Below are positions 24,666 to 33,750 of a DNA stretch of 50,864 nt, one piece after another. Under the pieces are notes generated by a model. It did no database searches. It had not been told where the DNA came from and saw only the letters and a list, made by a program, of their open reading frames with translations. Position 1 is the first letter of the stretch. Every line of letters starts with the position of its first letter. The DNA lies in contig JASHVF010000383.1 of NCBI GenBank assembly GCA_030039615.1, positions 1 to 50,864 on the forward strand. Direction: 5' to 3'. This DNA is from Gammaproteobacteria bacterium (GTDB taxonomy: Bacteria; Pseudomonadota; Gammaproteobacteria; Steroidobacterales; Steroidobacteraceae). The position numbers and the translations under genes are program-made.

Positions 24666-25372
24666 TCCGCGAGCGCGATCTCGACCCGCTTGTTGTGCTT
24701 GCCTTCGCTGCGGATGCGCAGCACGCGGATCGCGCCGATCTCGCCGATGTTGGCGACGTGAGTGCCCCCGCAGGGCTGCAGATCGATCCCCGGGATGCGC
24801 AGCAGCCGCACCCGGCCCGCACCGCGCGGCGGCTGCACGCTCATGGTCCTGACCAGCTCCGGCTGGGCGTCGAGCTCGGCGTCGCTGATCCAGACGGTCT
24901 CGGTGGCGACGCCGGAGGCGATCAGCCGGTTGGTCTCGCTCTCGATGTGGCGGGCGTCGAGCGCGGCGAGCTCGATGTCGAAATCGAGGCGCGCCTTCTC
25001 CGGCACGATGTTGCCGCCGGTCACCGGCGCCGTGACGACGCATGACATCAGATGCAGCGCCGTGTGCAACCGCATGAGTCGATGGCGCCGCGGCCAGTCG
25101 ATCTCGACGCTGACGGTCTCGCCGGGCTCGGGCAGGGCGCCGCCGCCCGGAATGTGCAGCACGCGGTCGGGTCCGGCGCCCTTGCGGGTATCGGCGATCA
25201 CAACGCGCTCGCCGTTGGCACGCACCAGCACGCCGCTGTCGCCGGCCTGACCGCCGCCGAGCGGATAGCAGACGGTGCGGTCGAGCTCGATGCCGCCGGC
25301 GGCCGCCGCCAGCACCCGCGCGGTCGCGCTGCGCAGGTAGGCGTCCTCGCGGAACAGCAATTCGCTGCTCAC
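24662..25372 (-). CDS. Alanyl-tRNA editing protein (AlaX-M-like, tRNA_SAD domain)
   Basis: Trimmed from track ORF 24662..26653 to the GTG at 25372 (236 aa). Zinc motifs HxxxH 'HTALHLM' and CxxxH 'CGGTHV'. Its stop shares a CTAG palindrome with the VOC gene stop. Confidence 0.8.
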   Translation of the reverse strand: MSSELLFREDAYLRSATARVLAAAAGGIELDRTVCYPLGGGQAGDSGVLVRANGERVVIADTRKGAGPDRVLHIPGGGALPEPGETVSVEIDWPRRHRLMRLHTALHLMSCVVTAPVTGGNIVPEKARLDFDIELAALDARHIESETNRLIASGVATETVWISDAELDAQPELVRTMSVQPPRGAGRVRLLRIPGIDLQPCGGTHVANIGEIGAIRVLRIRSEGKHNKRVEIALAD

Positions 25373-25405
25373 GCCTGGCGCTCCGGGGCTACAATCGCAG
25401 CGCGC

Positions 25406-26248
25406 ATGGCCGCGTTCTCCTATCGCATCGTCAACGTATTCACTCACGGGCGCGCGCCCCTGAGCGGCAATCCACTGTGCGTTTTCGAGCGGGCGCAGGC
25501 GCTCGATGCGGCAAGGATGCAGGCGCTGGCGCTGCAATTCAACCTCTCGGAGACCAGCTTCATCCTGCCCTCCGAGCGCGCCAACGCGGCGGTGCGCATC
25601 TTCACGCCGCGCTACGAGATGCCCTTCGCCGGGCATCCGACGCTCGGCACCGCGCACGTGTGCCGCGCGCTGGGACTCGGTGGCGACCGCATGACGCTCG
25701 AGCTGCCCGCGGGTGTGATCCCGGTGCGCGCCACGGGAGAGCGCTGGACGCTCACGTCCAAAGCCCCGCGCTGGCGCGAGGTCACGGAGCCGCGCCTGAC
25801 GCTCGCGGCCATGCTGGGGCTCGAGGAGCGCGACCTCGCCGAACGTCCGCTGTGGGTGAACGCGGGCGTCGAGCAGCTCGTCGTGCCGCTCGCCACCGAG
25901 GCCGCGGTGCGCCGTGTGAACGTGCGCGCCGACCTGCTCACGCAGCTGCCGAGCGCCGACGGACACAGCCAGGTCTACGTGTTCGCGCCGGCGGGCGCGG
26001 GCTTGCTGGCGCGTTTCTTTTTCCCGCAGGGGCGCGCGGTGCTCGAGGACCCGGCGACCGGCTCGGCGACCGCGAACCTGGGCGGCTGGTGCCTGGCGAC
26101 CGGACGCACGCTCCCCTGCGAGTTCGACATCGCCCAGGGCGAGTACACCGGGCGGCCGTCGGCGCTGCGGCTGCGCGTCGACGAGGAGCGCAACGTCGAG
26201 GTGAGCGGTGACGTCATCGAGCTCGGCCGCGGCTCCGTCACCCTGTAA
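25406..26248 (+). CDS. PhzF-family isomerase
   Basis: Trimmed to the ATG at 25406. 'YRIVNVFT...GNPLCVF...ALALQFNLSETSFI' and 'EDPATGSATANLGGW' match the PhzF/diaminopimelate-epimerase-fold pattern. Confidence 0.85.
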   Translation: MAAFSYRIVNVFTHGRAPLSGNPLCVFERAQALDAARMQALALQFNLSETSFILPSERANAAVRIFTPRYEMPFAGHPTLGTAHVCRALGLGGDRMTLELPAGVIPVRATGERWTLTSKAPRWREVTEPRLTLAAMLGLEERDLAERPLWVNAGVEQLVVPLATEAAVRRVNVRADLLTQLPSADGHSQVYVFAPAGAGLLARFFFPQGRAVLEDPATGSATANLGGWCLATGRTLPCEFDIAQGEYTGRPSALRLRVDEERNVEVSGDVIELGRGSVTL

Positions 26249-26260
26249 ACTCCGATCCGC

Positions 26261-26797
26261 ATGGATCCGAAGATCCTCACCCCGATCCTGATCGGTGCGC
26301 TGCTCGTCTGGGCGATCGCGCGCCGCCTGCGGCGCACCTTCGGCCGCCAGCCGCTGCAGCCGGCGCGCCTCTGGTTGCGTGTCGGCATACTCACGCTGCT
26401 CGGCGCACTGGTGGTCGCCACCAGCGTGACACGCGATGCGCGGATGCTCGGGGCGCTCGCCGGCGGTCTCGCCTGCGGCCTCGGGCTCGGGTACCTGGGG
26501 CTGCGCCACACGCGCTTCGAGGTGACGCCGCAGGGTCGCTTCTACACGCCGCACACCTACATCGGCCTCGCGGTGACGCTGCTGTTCGTCGGCCGCCTGG
26601 TGTACCGGTTTCTGTACCTCGCGAACGGCGCCGACTTCACCGGCGATGCGCACGGCGCCGCCGCCTACCAGCGAAGCCCGCTGACGGTCGGGATCTTCGC
26701 GGTGCTGATCGGCTACTACGTGCTGTTCTATGCCGGCGTGCTGTTCAGGACCCGGGACGCGGCATTGCCGGCCGCCAACCCCGTCTCACCAGAGTGA
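26261..26797 (+). CDS. Integral membrane protein (possibly DUF1453/CcdC-like)
   Basis: 178 aa, four predicted TM helices, good GC3 bias. The family assignment is only tentative. Confidence 0.6.
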   Translation: MDPKILTPILIGALLVWAIARRLRRTFGRQPLQPARLWLRVGILTLLGALVVATSVTRDARMLGALAGGLACGLGLGYLGLRHTRFEVTPQGRFYTPHTYIGLAVTLLFVGRLVYRFLYLANGADFTGDAHGAAAYQRSPLTVGIFAVLIGYYVLFYAGVLFRTRDAALPAANPVSPE

Positions 26798-28828
26798 CAC
26801 GCGCTCCGCGGGGGCGAGGTAGTAGGCATCTCCAGGCTTGATCTGCGCAAACGCCGCGTACCAGCCGTCATCGTTACGCACCACGCCGTTGACGCGGAAC
26901 GCCGAGGGGCTGTGCGGATTCGACAGCACGATGCGGCGCGTCAGCCCTTCGGTCCACACCTCGCGCCAGCTCTGCCCGTAGGCGATGTAGAAGCGCTGCT
27001 CGCCGCTGAAGCCGCTCAGCACCGGCGCCGGCTTGCCGCCGAGCGCGAGGTGGTAGGCCTTGTAGGCGATCACCAGTCCCGCGAGGTCGGCGATGTTTTC
27101 CCCGAGCGTGAGCTTGCCGTTCACGTGCAGGCCGGGCAGCGGCTGGTACTGGTCGTACTGGCGCGCGAGCGCCGCGGTGCGCGCATCGAAGTTCCTGCGG
27201 TCCTCGTCGGTCCACCAGTTGTTGAGGCGTCCGCTGGCATCGTACTTGCTGCCCTGGTCGTCGAAGCCGTGGCTGATCTCATGGCCGATGGTGGCGCCGA
27301 TCTCGCCGTAGTTGACCGCGTCGTCGGCGTTGGGATCGAAGAACGGCGGCTGCAGGATGCCCGCCGGAAAGACGATCTCATTCAGGGTCGGGTTGTAGTA
27401 GGCGTTGTTGGTCGGCGGCGTCATGTCCCACTCGGCGCGGTCCACCGGCGCATCGAGCCGCTTGAGCTGGCGGTTCCACTCGAACACGATCGAGTTGCTG
27501 AAGTCCCGCACCAGCTCCCCCGGCGCGATGGCGAGCGCCGAGTAGTCGCGCCACGCGTCGGGGTAGCCGACCTTGGGCGTAAAGCGGCGGATCTTCTCCA
27601 GCGCCCTGGCCCGGGTCGCGGGCGTCATCCAGCTGAGCGTGCCGATGTCGGCCTCGTAGGCCTTGAGGAGGTTGGCGACCAGCTCCTGGATCTTGGTCTT
27701 CGCCTGCGGCGGAAAATAACGCGCCACGTAGAGCTTGCCGAGCGCCTCGCCCATGTGGCGGTCGAGCAGGTCGAGGCCGCGCAGGTCGCGCGGCAGCTGC
27801 AGCTTCTGGCCGCCGATCACGGTGCCGTAGAAGGCAAAATCCGTATCGTCGACGCTCTTCGGCAGGTACTTGGCGAGCGCGTGCAGGTAATGCACGGTGA
27901 GGTAATCGCGCCACACGGCCACGGGCGTCGCGGCGTACAGCGCCGCGAGCTTCGGGAACGCCGACTTCTCCCGCACCACGACCTTGCGCTCGCCCTGCGG
28001 CGACTGCGGCGGAACGCCGGCGGCCGCGAGGAAGCTGCGCCACGGGAACTGCGGGGCGAGCTGCGCCAGCGCGCTCACGCTGAGCGGGTTATAGACCTTG
28101 TCTGCCTCGCGCCGCTCGGCCGCCGGCCAGTGCGCGCGCGCGATCTGCTCCTCGAGCGCGTAGACGGCGGCGCCGCGCGCGGCGTCGTGCACGCCGGCAA
28201 AGGCCAGCATGTCGCCGAGGTACCTGCGGTACGCCGCGCGCGTCGCGGCGCTGTCCGGGTCCTCCAGCAGGTAATAGTCCCGGTCCGGCATGCCGAGGCC
28301 CGACTGCGTGAGCAGTACCACGTAGGCATCGGGGTTCTTCTCGTCGATGTCGAGGTCGATCTCGAACGGCCCGCCCACCTGCGTCGCCGGGGAGCCCATG
28401 AAGGCGGCGACGTCCGCGTAGGTCATGAGCGCGGCGATGCGCTTGAGGTCCGCCTCCACCGGCGTGAGCCCGGCCGCCTCGATGGCCGCCGTATCCTCGA
28501 AGGCGTCGTAGAAGTCGCGCAGCTTGCGCTCTTCGGCCGTGAGCTTCGCATCCGGCGCGCTGCGCAGCTCCGCGATGATGCTCTTGAGCTTTGCCTCGTT
28601 ACCCTGGTCGAGCTCGAGATTGACGCCCGCGACCTGGCGGTCGGGCGGAATGACCGCGCTCTTGAGCCAGTCGCCGTTCGCGTAGCGGAAGAAATCCGCG
28701 CCGGGTGCGACCGTCGTGTCCATGAAGGCGAGGGTGACGCCCCAGGGTGGGAAGGCCGGTGGGGCGGAGGCGAGGGCGAGCGGCAGCAATGCGGCGGCGA
28801 GCAGCGCCGCGATACTTCGGGTTTGCAT
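26786..28828 (-). CDS. M13 family metallopeptidase (PepO / endothelin-converting-enzyme-like), exported
   Basis: Trimmed to 'MQTRSIAALLAAALLPLALASA'. Zinc site 'GATIGHEISHGFDDQG' (HExxH) and 'GENIADLAGL' (third ligand). C-terminal '...RVSLW'. Confidence 0.9.
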   Translation of the reverse strand: MQTRSIAALLAAALLPLALASAPPAFPPWGVTLAFMDTTVAPGADFFRYANGDWLKSAVIPPDRQVAGVNLELDQGNEAKLKSIIAELRSAPDAKLTAEERKLRDFYDAFEDTAAIEAAGLTPVEADLKRIAALMTYADVAAFMGSPATQVGGPFEIDLDIDEKNPDAYVVLLTQSGLGMPDRDYYLLEDPDSAATRAAYRRYLGDMLAFAGVHDAARGAAVYALEEQIARAHWPAAERREADKVYNPLSVSALAQLAPQFPWRSFLAAAGVPPQSPQGERKVVVREKSAFPKLAALYAATPVAVWRDYLTVHYLHALAKYLPKSVDDTDFAFYGTVIGGQKLQLPRDLRGLDLLDRHMGEALGKLYVARYFPPQAKTKIQELVANLLKAYEADIGTLSWMTPATRARALEKIRRFTPKVGYPDAWRDYSALAIAPGELVRDFSNSIVFEWNRQLKRLDAPVDRAEWDMTPPTNNAYYNPTLNEIVFPAGILQPPFFDPNADDAVNYGEIGATIGHEISHGFDDQGSKYDASGRLNNWWTDEDRRNFDARTAALARQYDQYQPLPGLHVNGKLTLGENIADLAGLVIAYKAYHLALGGKPAPVLSGFSGEQRFYIAYGQSWREVWTEGLTRRIVLSNPHSPSAFRVNGVVRNDDGWYAAFAQIKPGDAYYLAPAERVSLW

Positions 28829-28937
28829 CGGCGAATCTTCGCCCAGCGTGCCGGCGTGCGCCAGCGCTGCCGCGTTCGGCGGCCGCGCGCCGTGGAGCGT
28901 CGCCATCTGCTAGGCTCGCGCGCGGGGAGGGAATGTG

Positions 28938-30863
28938 ATGCGTACACGAGGATCGTTGCCGGTCGCGGCGGTCGTGTTGGGGCTCGCGGCGGCGGGCGCC
29001 GCCGCGGCGCCCACGCCGCCGATGAAGCCCGACGTACCCGCCGACTTCAGCGCTCCGAGCGCCGACTTCGACTACGTGAAGCGCGAAGTCATGATCCCGA
29101 TGCGCGATGGCGTGAAGCTCTACACCCTCATCCTGATTCCCAAGGGTGCCAGGCGCGCCCCGATCGTGCTGACGCGTACGCCCTACGATGCCGCCGGGCG
29201 CGCCTCGGGCGCCAGCTCCCACCTGCTCGGCATGCTCTGGACGGCGGACGCCGTGTTCGTCACTCGCGGCTACATCCGCGTGTTCCAGGACGTGCGCGGC
29301 AAGTACGGCTCCGAGGGCGACTACGTCATGACGCGCGAGCTGCGCGGCCCTCTCAACGACACCAGCGTCGATCACTCGACCGATACCTGGGACACGATCG
29401 ACTGGCTGGTGAAGAACCTGCCGGAGTCGAACGGCAACGTCGGCATGATCGGCTCCTCCTACGAGGGCTTCACCGTGCTCATGGGGCTGGTCAACCCGCA
29501 CCCCGCGCTCAAGGCGGCCGTGCCCGAGTGCCCGATGGTCGATGGCTGGAAGGGCGATGACTGGTTTCACAACGGCGCCTGGCGGCAGTCGAACTTCGAC
29601 TACATCTACGGACAGACGACCCGGCGCGGCAAGGGTGATCAGATCCCGCGCGGCGTCTACGACGACTACCAGTTGTTCCTCAGTCTCGGTTCCGCCGGCG
29701 CGTTTGCCCAGCACTTCGGCTTCGACCAGCTGCCGTTCTTCCAGAAGCTGAGCGAGCACCCGGCGTACGATGGCTTCTGGAGCGGCCAGGCGCTCGACCA
29801 GATCCTCGCGCGGCAACCGCTCAAGGTACCGACGCTCTTCGTGACGAGCCTCTGGGACCAGGAGGACATGTACGGCGGCGTGCATACCTATGCGGCGCTC
29901 AAGCCGCAGGACAAGGACAACCGTCTCGTGTACCTGGTGCTCGGCCCCTGGCGCCACAGCGGCATCAACGCCGACGGCACCACGCTCGGACCGCTCAAGT
30001 TCGACGGCGATACGGCACAGCAGGTGCGCCAGGACGTGATCGAGCCGTTCCTGGCGGAGCACCTGAAGGACGGCGCGCCGAAGGCCGACACGGCGACCGC
30101 GCTGGTGTTCGAGACGGGAACCAACGTGTGGCGGCGGCTGCCCGCGTGGCCGCTGTCGTGCGAGTCGGGCTGCGCCGCGCGCCCGCAGCCGCTCTACCTG
30201 CAGCCGCACTTCGGTCTGAGCTTCACGGCGCCGCCGGTGAAGAGCGGCATGCCGTCCGATGAGTACGTGTCCGATCCCGCCAGGCCCGTGCCCAACACTC
30301 CGCGGCCCGTGCATTTCGGCGATCGCGACGCCTGGCGTCGCTGGCTGCTCGTCGACCAGCGCTTCGTCGCCGACCGTGCCGACGTGCTCACCTATACCTC
30401 GGAGGTGCTGAGCGCGCCGCTGCACATCGGCGGCGCGCCCATGGTGAATCTCTACGCCGCAACCAGCGGTACCGACAGCGACTGGGTGGTGAAGCTGATC
30501 GACGTCTATCCCGACGAAGTGCCCGCCGACCCGCCGCTCGGCGGCTACCAGCTGGCGGTGGCGATGGACATCTTCCGCGGCCGCTACCGCGAGAGCCTCG
30601 CGCACCCGAGCGCCATTCCGGCCGGCCGCGTGCAGCAGTACCGCTTCGCGCTGCCGCAGGTGAACCACGTGTTCCTGCCGGGCCATCGCATCATGGTGCA
30701 GGTGCAGTCGAGCTGGTTTCCGCTCTACGACCGCAACCCGCAGACCTACGTAGAGAACATATTCTTCGCGCGGCCCGAGGACTACAAGAAGGCGACCCAG
30801 CAGGTGTTTCACGTCGGCGGCCTGGCGAGCTTCATCGATCTGCCGGTGGTGCAGGCGCACTGA
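28938..30863 (+). CDS. CocE/NonD (S15, Xaa-Pro dipeptidyl-peptidase-like) family hydrolase, exported
   Basis: GGGGAGGG Shine-Dalgarno. ATG at 28938 (GTG at 28935 also possible). Signal peptide 'LPVAAVVLGLAAAGAAAA'. 'IPMRDGVKLYT...VLTRTPYD' and nucleophile 'GMIGSSYEGFT'. Confidence 0.85.
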   Translation: MRTRGSLPVAAVVLGLAAAGAAAAPTPPMKPDVPADFSAPSADFDYVKREVMIPMRDGVKLYTLILIPKGARRAPIVLTRTPYDAAGRASGASSHLLGMLWTADAVFVTRGYIRVFQDVRGKYGSEGDYVMTRELRGPLNDTSVDHSTDTWDTIDWLVKNLPESNGNVGMIGSSYEGFTVLMGLVNPHPALKAAVPECPMVDGWKGDDWFHNGAWRQSNFDYIYGQTTRRGKGDQIPRGVYDDYQLFLSLGSAGAFAQHFGFDQLPFFQKLSEHPAYDGFWSGQALDQILARQPLKVPTLFVTSLWDQEDMYGGVHTYAALKPQDKDNRLVYLVLGPWRHSGINADGTTLGPLKFDGDTAQQVRQDVIEPFLAEHLKDGAPKADTATALVFETGTNVWRRLPAWPLSCESGCAARPQPLYLQPHFGLSFTAPPVKSGMPSDEYVSDPARPVPNTPRPVHFGDRDAWRRWLLVDQRFVADRADVLTYTSEVLSAPLHIGGAPMVNLYAATSGTDSDWVVKLIDVYPDEVPADPPLGGYQLAVAMDIFRGRYRESLAHPSAIPAGRVQQYRFALPQVNHVFLPGHRIMVQVQSSWFPLYDRNPQTYVENIFFARPEDYKKATQQVFHVGGLASFIDLPVVQAH

Positions 30864-30974
30864 GGGTGGCGCTGCCGGAGAAGTCCATGCCGCAAACCGG
30901 CCAGTGGGCAACCGAGGGGGTGACGATAATGGGCCAGGGCCCACGCGGCACGCGGTACCGTTCAGGATAAGCCT

Positions 30975-32546
30975 ATGGATCAGCCCCAGACGAGTCAGCC
31001 GGCGCGCGCACGCCGTCCGAGCGCGCGCGACGCGAAGATCGCGGCGCGCACGGCGCGCAGCCAGGCCTTCGTCCCCTATATCACGCGCAATATCCCGTAT
31101 TACGAGGTGCTCTCCAGCGAGGGCCTCGAGCTGCTCGAGCGCAATGCCGACACGATCCTGGAGGAGATCGGCATCGACTTTCGCGACGACGCCGAGTCGC
31201 TCGCTCTGTGGAAGGACGCCGGTGCGCACGTGCAGGCAGAGCGCGTGCGCTTTCCGCGCGGCATGTGCCGCGAGCTGGTGCGCCGCTCCGCCCCGCAGGA
31301 GTTCACGCAGTACGCCCGCAACCCCGCGCGCAACGTGGTGATCGGCGGCAACCGCACGGTGTTCGCGCCCGCCTACGGCTCGCCGTTCGTGCGCAGTCTC
31401 GACGAGGGGCGTCGTTACGCGCGCATCGAGGACTTCCGCAACTTCGTCAAGCTCGCCTACGTGGCGACCTCGCTGCACCACTCCGGCGGCACCATCTGCG
31501 AGCCGGTCGACCTGCCGGTCAACAAGCGGCATTTCGACATGGTGTACAGCCACATGAAGTACAGCGACAAGCCGTACATGGGCTCGGTCACCCATCCCGA
31601 GCGTGCCGCGGACACGGTCGAGATGACCAGGATCCTGTTCGGCGACAACTTCATCGACCCCGCGACCGGCAAGCCGCGCACCTGCATCACGAGCCTGATC
31701 AACGCCAACTCGCCGCTCACCTGGGACGCGACCATGCTGGGGGCGCTCAAGACCTATGCGCGCGCCAACCAGGCCTGCATCGTCACGCCCTTCATCCTCG
31801 CCGGCGCCATGTCGCCGGTGACCGTGGCCGGCACGGCCGCACAGACGCTCGCCGAGGCGCTCGCCGGCATGGCGACCGCGCAGCTGGTGAACCCGGGCGC
31901 GCCGGTGATCCTCGGCAGCTTCGCCTCCTCGCTCTCGATGCAGTCGGGGGCGCCCACCTTTGGAACGCCGGAGCCGGCACTGGTGCTGTACGTGATGGCG
32001 GCGCTGGCGCGCCGTCTCGGCGTGCCGTTCCGCTCCGGGGGCTCGCTCTGCGCCTCGAAGATCCCGGACGCGCAGGCCGCCTACGAATCGGCCAACACCC
32101 TGCTCCCGACCTGCCTCGGCGGCGTCAACTTCGTGCTGCACACCGCCGGCTGGCTCGAGGGCGGCCTCGCCATGGGCTACGAGAAGTTCGTCATGGACGC
32201 CGACCAGGCCGGCATGATGCACACGCTGCTCGCGGGCGTGGACCTTTCCGAGAACGGCCAGGCGCTCGATGCCATCCGCGAGGTCGGGCCCGGCAAGCAC
32301 TTCCTCGGCTGTGCGCACACGCAGGCGAACTTCCAGACCGCCTTCTACCGCTCGCCGCTCGCCGACAACAACAGCGTCGAGCAATGGGAGGCCGAGGGCG
32401 CGAAGGACATGATCCAGCGCGCCAACGCGCTGTGGAAGAAGCAGCTCGAGGAGTACGAGGCGCCGCCGCTCGATCCCGCGATCGATGAGGCGCTGCTCGA
32501 CTACATGAACCGCCGCAAGGCGTCCTTCCCCGACTCGAACGTCTAG
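30975..32546 (+). CDS. Trimethylamine methyltransferase (MttB) superfamily protein, non-pyrrolysine type
   Basis: 523-aa uninterrupted ORF with no in-frame TAG. 'YEVLSSEGLELLERNADTILEEIGIDFRDD...ALWKDAGAHV' and the rest are colinear with proteobacterial MttB-like proteins. Confidence 0.85.
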   Translation: MDQPQTSQPARARRPSARDAKIAARTARSQAFVPYITRNIPYYEVLSSEGLELLERNADTILEEIGIDFRDDAESLALWKDAGAHVQAERVRFPRGMCRELVRRSAPQEFTQYARNPARNVVIGGNRTVFAPAYGSPFVRSLDEGRRYARIEDFRNFVKLAYVATSLHHSGGTICEPVDLPVNKRHFDMVYSHMKYSDKPYMGSVTHPERAADTVEMTRILFGDNFIDPATGKPRTCITSLINANSPLTWDATMLGALKTYARANQACIVTPFILAGAMSPVTVAGTAAQTLAEALAGMATAQLVNPGAPVILGSFASSLSMQSGAPTFGTPEPALVLYVMAALARRLGVPFRSGGSLCASKIPDAQAAYESANTLLPTCLGGVNFVLHTAGWLEGGLAMGYEKFVMDADQAGMMHTLLAGVDLSENGQALDAIREVGPGKHFLGCAHTQANFQTAFYRSPLADNNSVEQWEAEGAKDMIQRANALWKKQLEEYEAPPLDPAIDEALLDYMNRRKASFPDSNV

Positions 32547-32580
32547 CCCTCCTCGGGCGGCAGCGTGGAAATGCGCTAGC

Positions 32581-33747
32581 ATGCGGCGCATGTCGAGCGG
32601 CTCCACCCCCGATCCCGTGCACCGCCGCCTGCGGGCCGGCATCGTCGGCGGCGGGCGCGGCGCCTTCATCGGCGCGGTGCACCGCATGGCCGCCGAGCTC
32701 GACGGCCAGGCCCTGGTCGTGGCCGGCGCCATGTCCTCCGATCCCGTGATCGCGCGCGCCAGCGCCGCGGGCTGGTTCCTCGAGCGCAGTTACGCCTCCT
32801 ACGAGGAGATGGCGCGCAGCGAGTCCGCGCACGCCGACGGCATCGACTTCGTGATCGTGGCGACGCCCAACCACCTGCACCTGCCGGTGGCACGTGCCTT
32901 CCTGGCCGAGGACATCCACGTCGTCTGCGACAAGCCGCTCGCGGCGAGCCTCGCCGAGGCCGAGGAGCTGGCGCGCCTGGTCGGGGGCGGCACGACGCTC
33001 TTTGCGCTGACGCACGCCTACACCGGCTACCCGATGGTGCGTGAGGCGCGCGAGCTGGTGCGCAGCGGGCGCCTCGGCGAGATCCGCAAGGTGCTGGTCG
33101 AGTACCTGCAGGACTGGCTGATGGAGCCTCTCGAGAGCCGCGGCAACAAGCAGGCGCTCTGGCGCACCGATCCGGCGCGCGCCGGCCCCGGCGGCAGCGT
33201 GGGCGACATCGGCACGCACGCCGCCAACCTGCTCGAGTTCGTCACGGGTGAGCGCATCGAGGCCGTGTGCGCCGATCTGAGCTCCTTCGTCCCCGGTCGC
33301 CGGCTCGATGACGACGCGAACCTGCTGCTGCGGCTCGAGGGCGGCGCCAAGGGTGTGCTCACCTGCTCGCAGATCGCCTGCGGCGAGGAGAACCGCTTGT
33401 CGTTGCGGGTCTACGGATCGCAGGCCGGGCTCGAGTGGCACCAGCAGGAGCCCAACACTCTCATCTTCAGGCCTGCGGGCAAGCCCGTGGAGCTGCTGCG
33501 CACCGGGCACGGCTACCTGAGCGCCGCCGCGCGGTCCGCAGCCCGTACGCCGCCCGGGCATCCGGAGGGCTACCTCGAGGGATTTGCCAACATCTACCGC
33601 GGCTTCATCGCGGATGTGCGGCGCGTGGCGCGGGGCGAGGCGCCGCAGCGCGACTACCCCGGCGTCGAGGCGGGTCTGCGCGGCCTGCGTTTCGTCACGC
33701 AGGCGGTGGCGAGCTCGCGCGCCGGCTCGGCGTGGATGCGGCTCTAG
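32581..33747 (+). CDS. Gfo/Idh/MocA family NAD(P)-dependent oxidoreductase
   Basis: 388 aa. Rossmann '[17 protein letters not shown]', '[10 protein letters not shown]' and 'HVVCDKPL' are the canonical family motifs. No signal peptide. Confidence 0.85.
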   Translation: MRRMSSGSTPDPVHRRLRAGIVGGGRGAFIGAVHRMAAELDGQALVVAGAMSSDPVIARASAAGWFLERSYASYEEMARSESAHADGIDFVIVATPNHLHLPVARAFLAEDIHVVCDKPLAASLAEAEELARLVGGGTTLFALTHAYTGYPMVREARELVRSGRLGEIRKVLVEYLQDWLMEPLESRGNKQALWRTDPARAGPGGSVGDIGTHAANLLEFVTGERIEAVCADLSSFVPGRRLDDDANLLLRLEGGAKGVLTCSQIACGEENRLSLRVYGSQAGLEWHQQEPNTLIFRPAGKPVELLRTGHGYLSAAARSAARTPPGHPEGYLEGFANIYRGFIADVRRVARGEAPQRDYPGVEAGLRGLRFVTQAVASSRAGSAWMRL

Positions 33748-33750
33748 CCC

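Noticed and set aside
30864-30974. Possible cobalamin riboswitch upstream of the MttB-family methyltransferase.
   Set aside because: The gap is only 111 nt, whereas B12 elements are about 200 nt. I could not find the conserved B12-box-like core or the GGGAA/GCCACUG-type elements by eye. A covariance-model scan (Rfam Cobalamin) would be the decisive test.
30975-32546. Pyrrolysine (in-frame TAG) recoding in the MttB homologue.
   Set aside because: The ORF is continuous for 523 codons with no internal TAG and ends at a normal stop. This is the non-Pyl type.
28599-32732. A 1377-aa minus-strand ORF, the longest in the track, spanning the S15 peptidase and MttB genes in antisense.
   Set aside because: Its Arg/Ala/Gly/His-rich low-complexity translation has no recognisable motifs. 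It lies exactly opposite two plus-strand genes that have clear family signatures, Shine-Dalgarno sites and signal peptides. Long antisense open frames are expected in about 70% GC DNA because stop codons are AT-rich.
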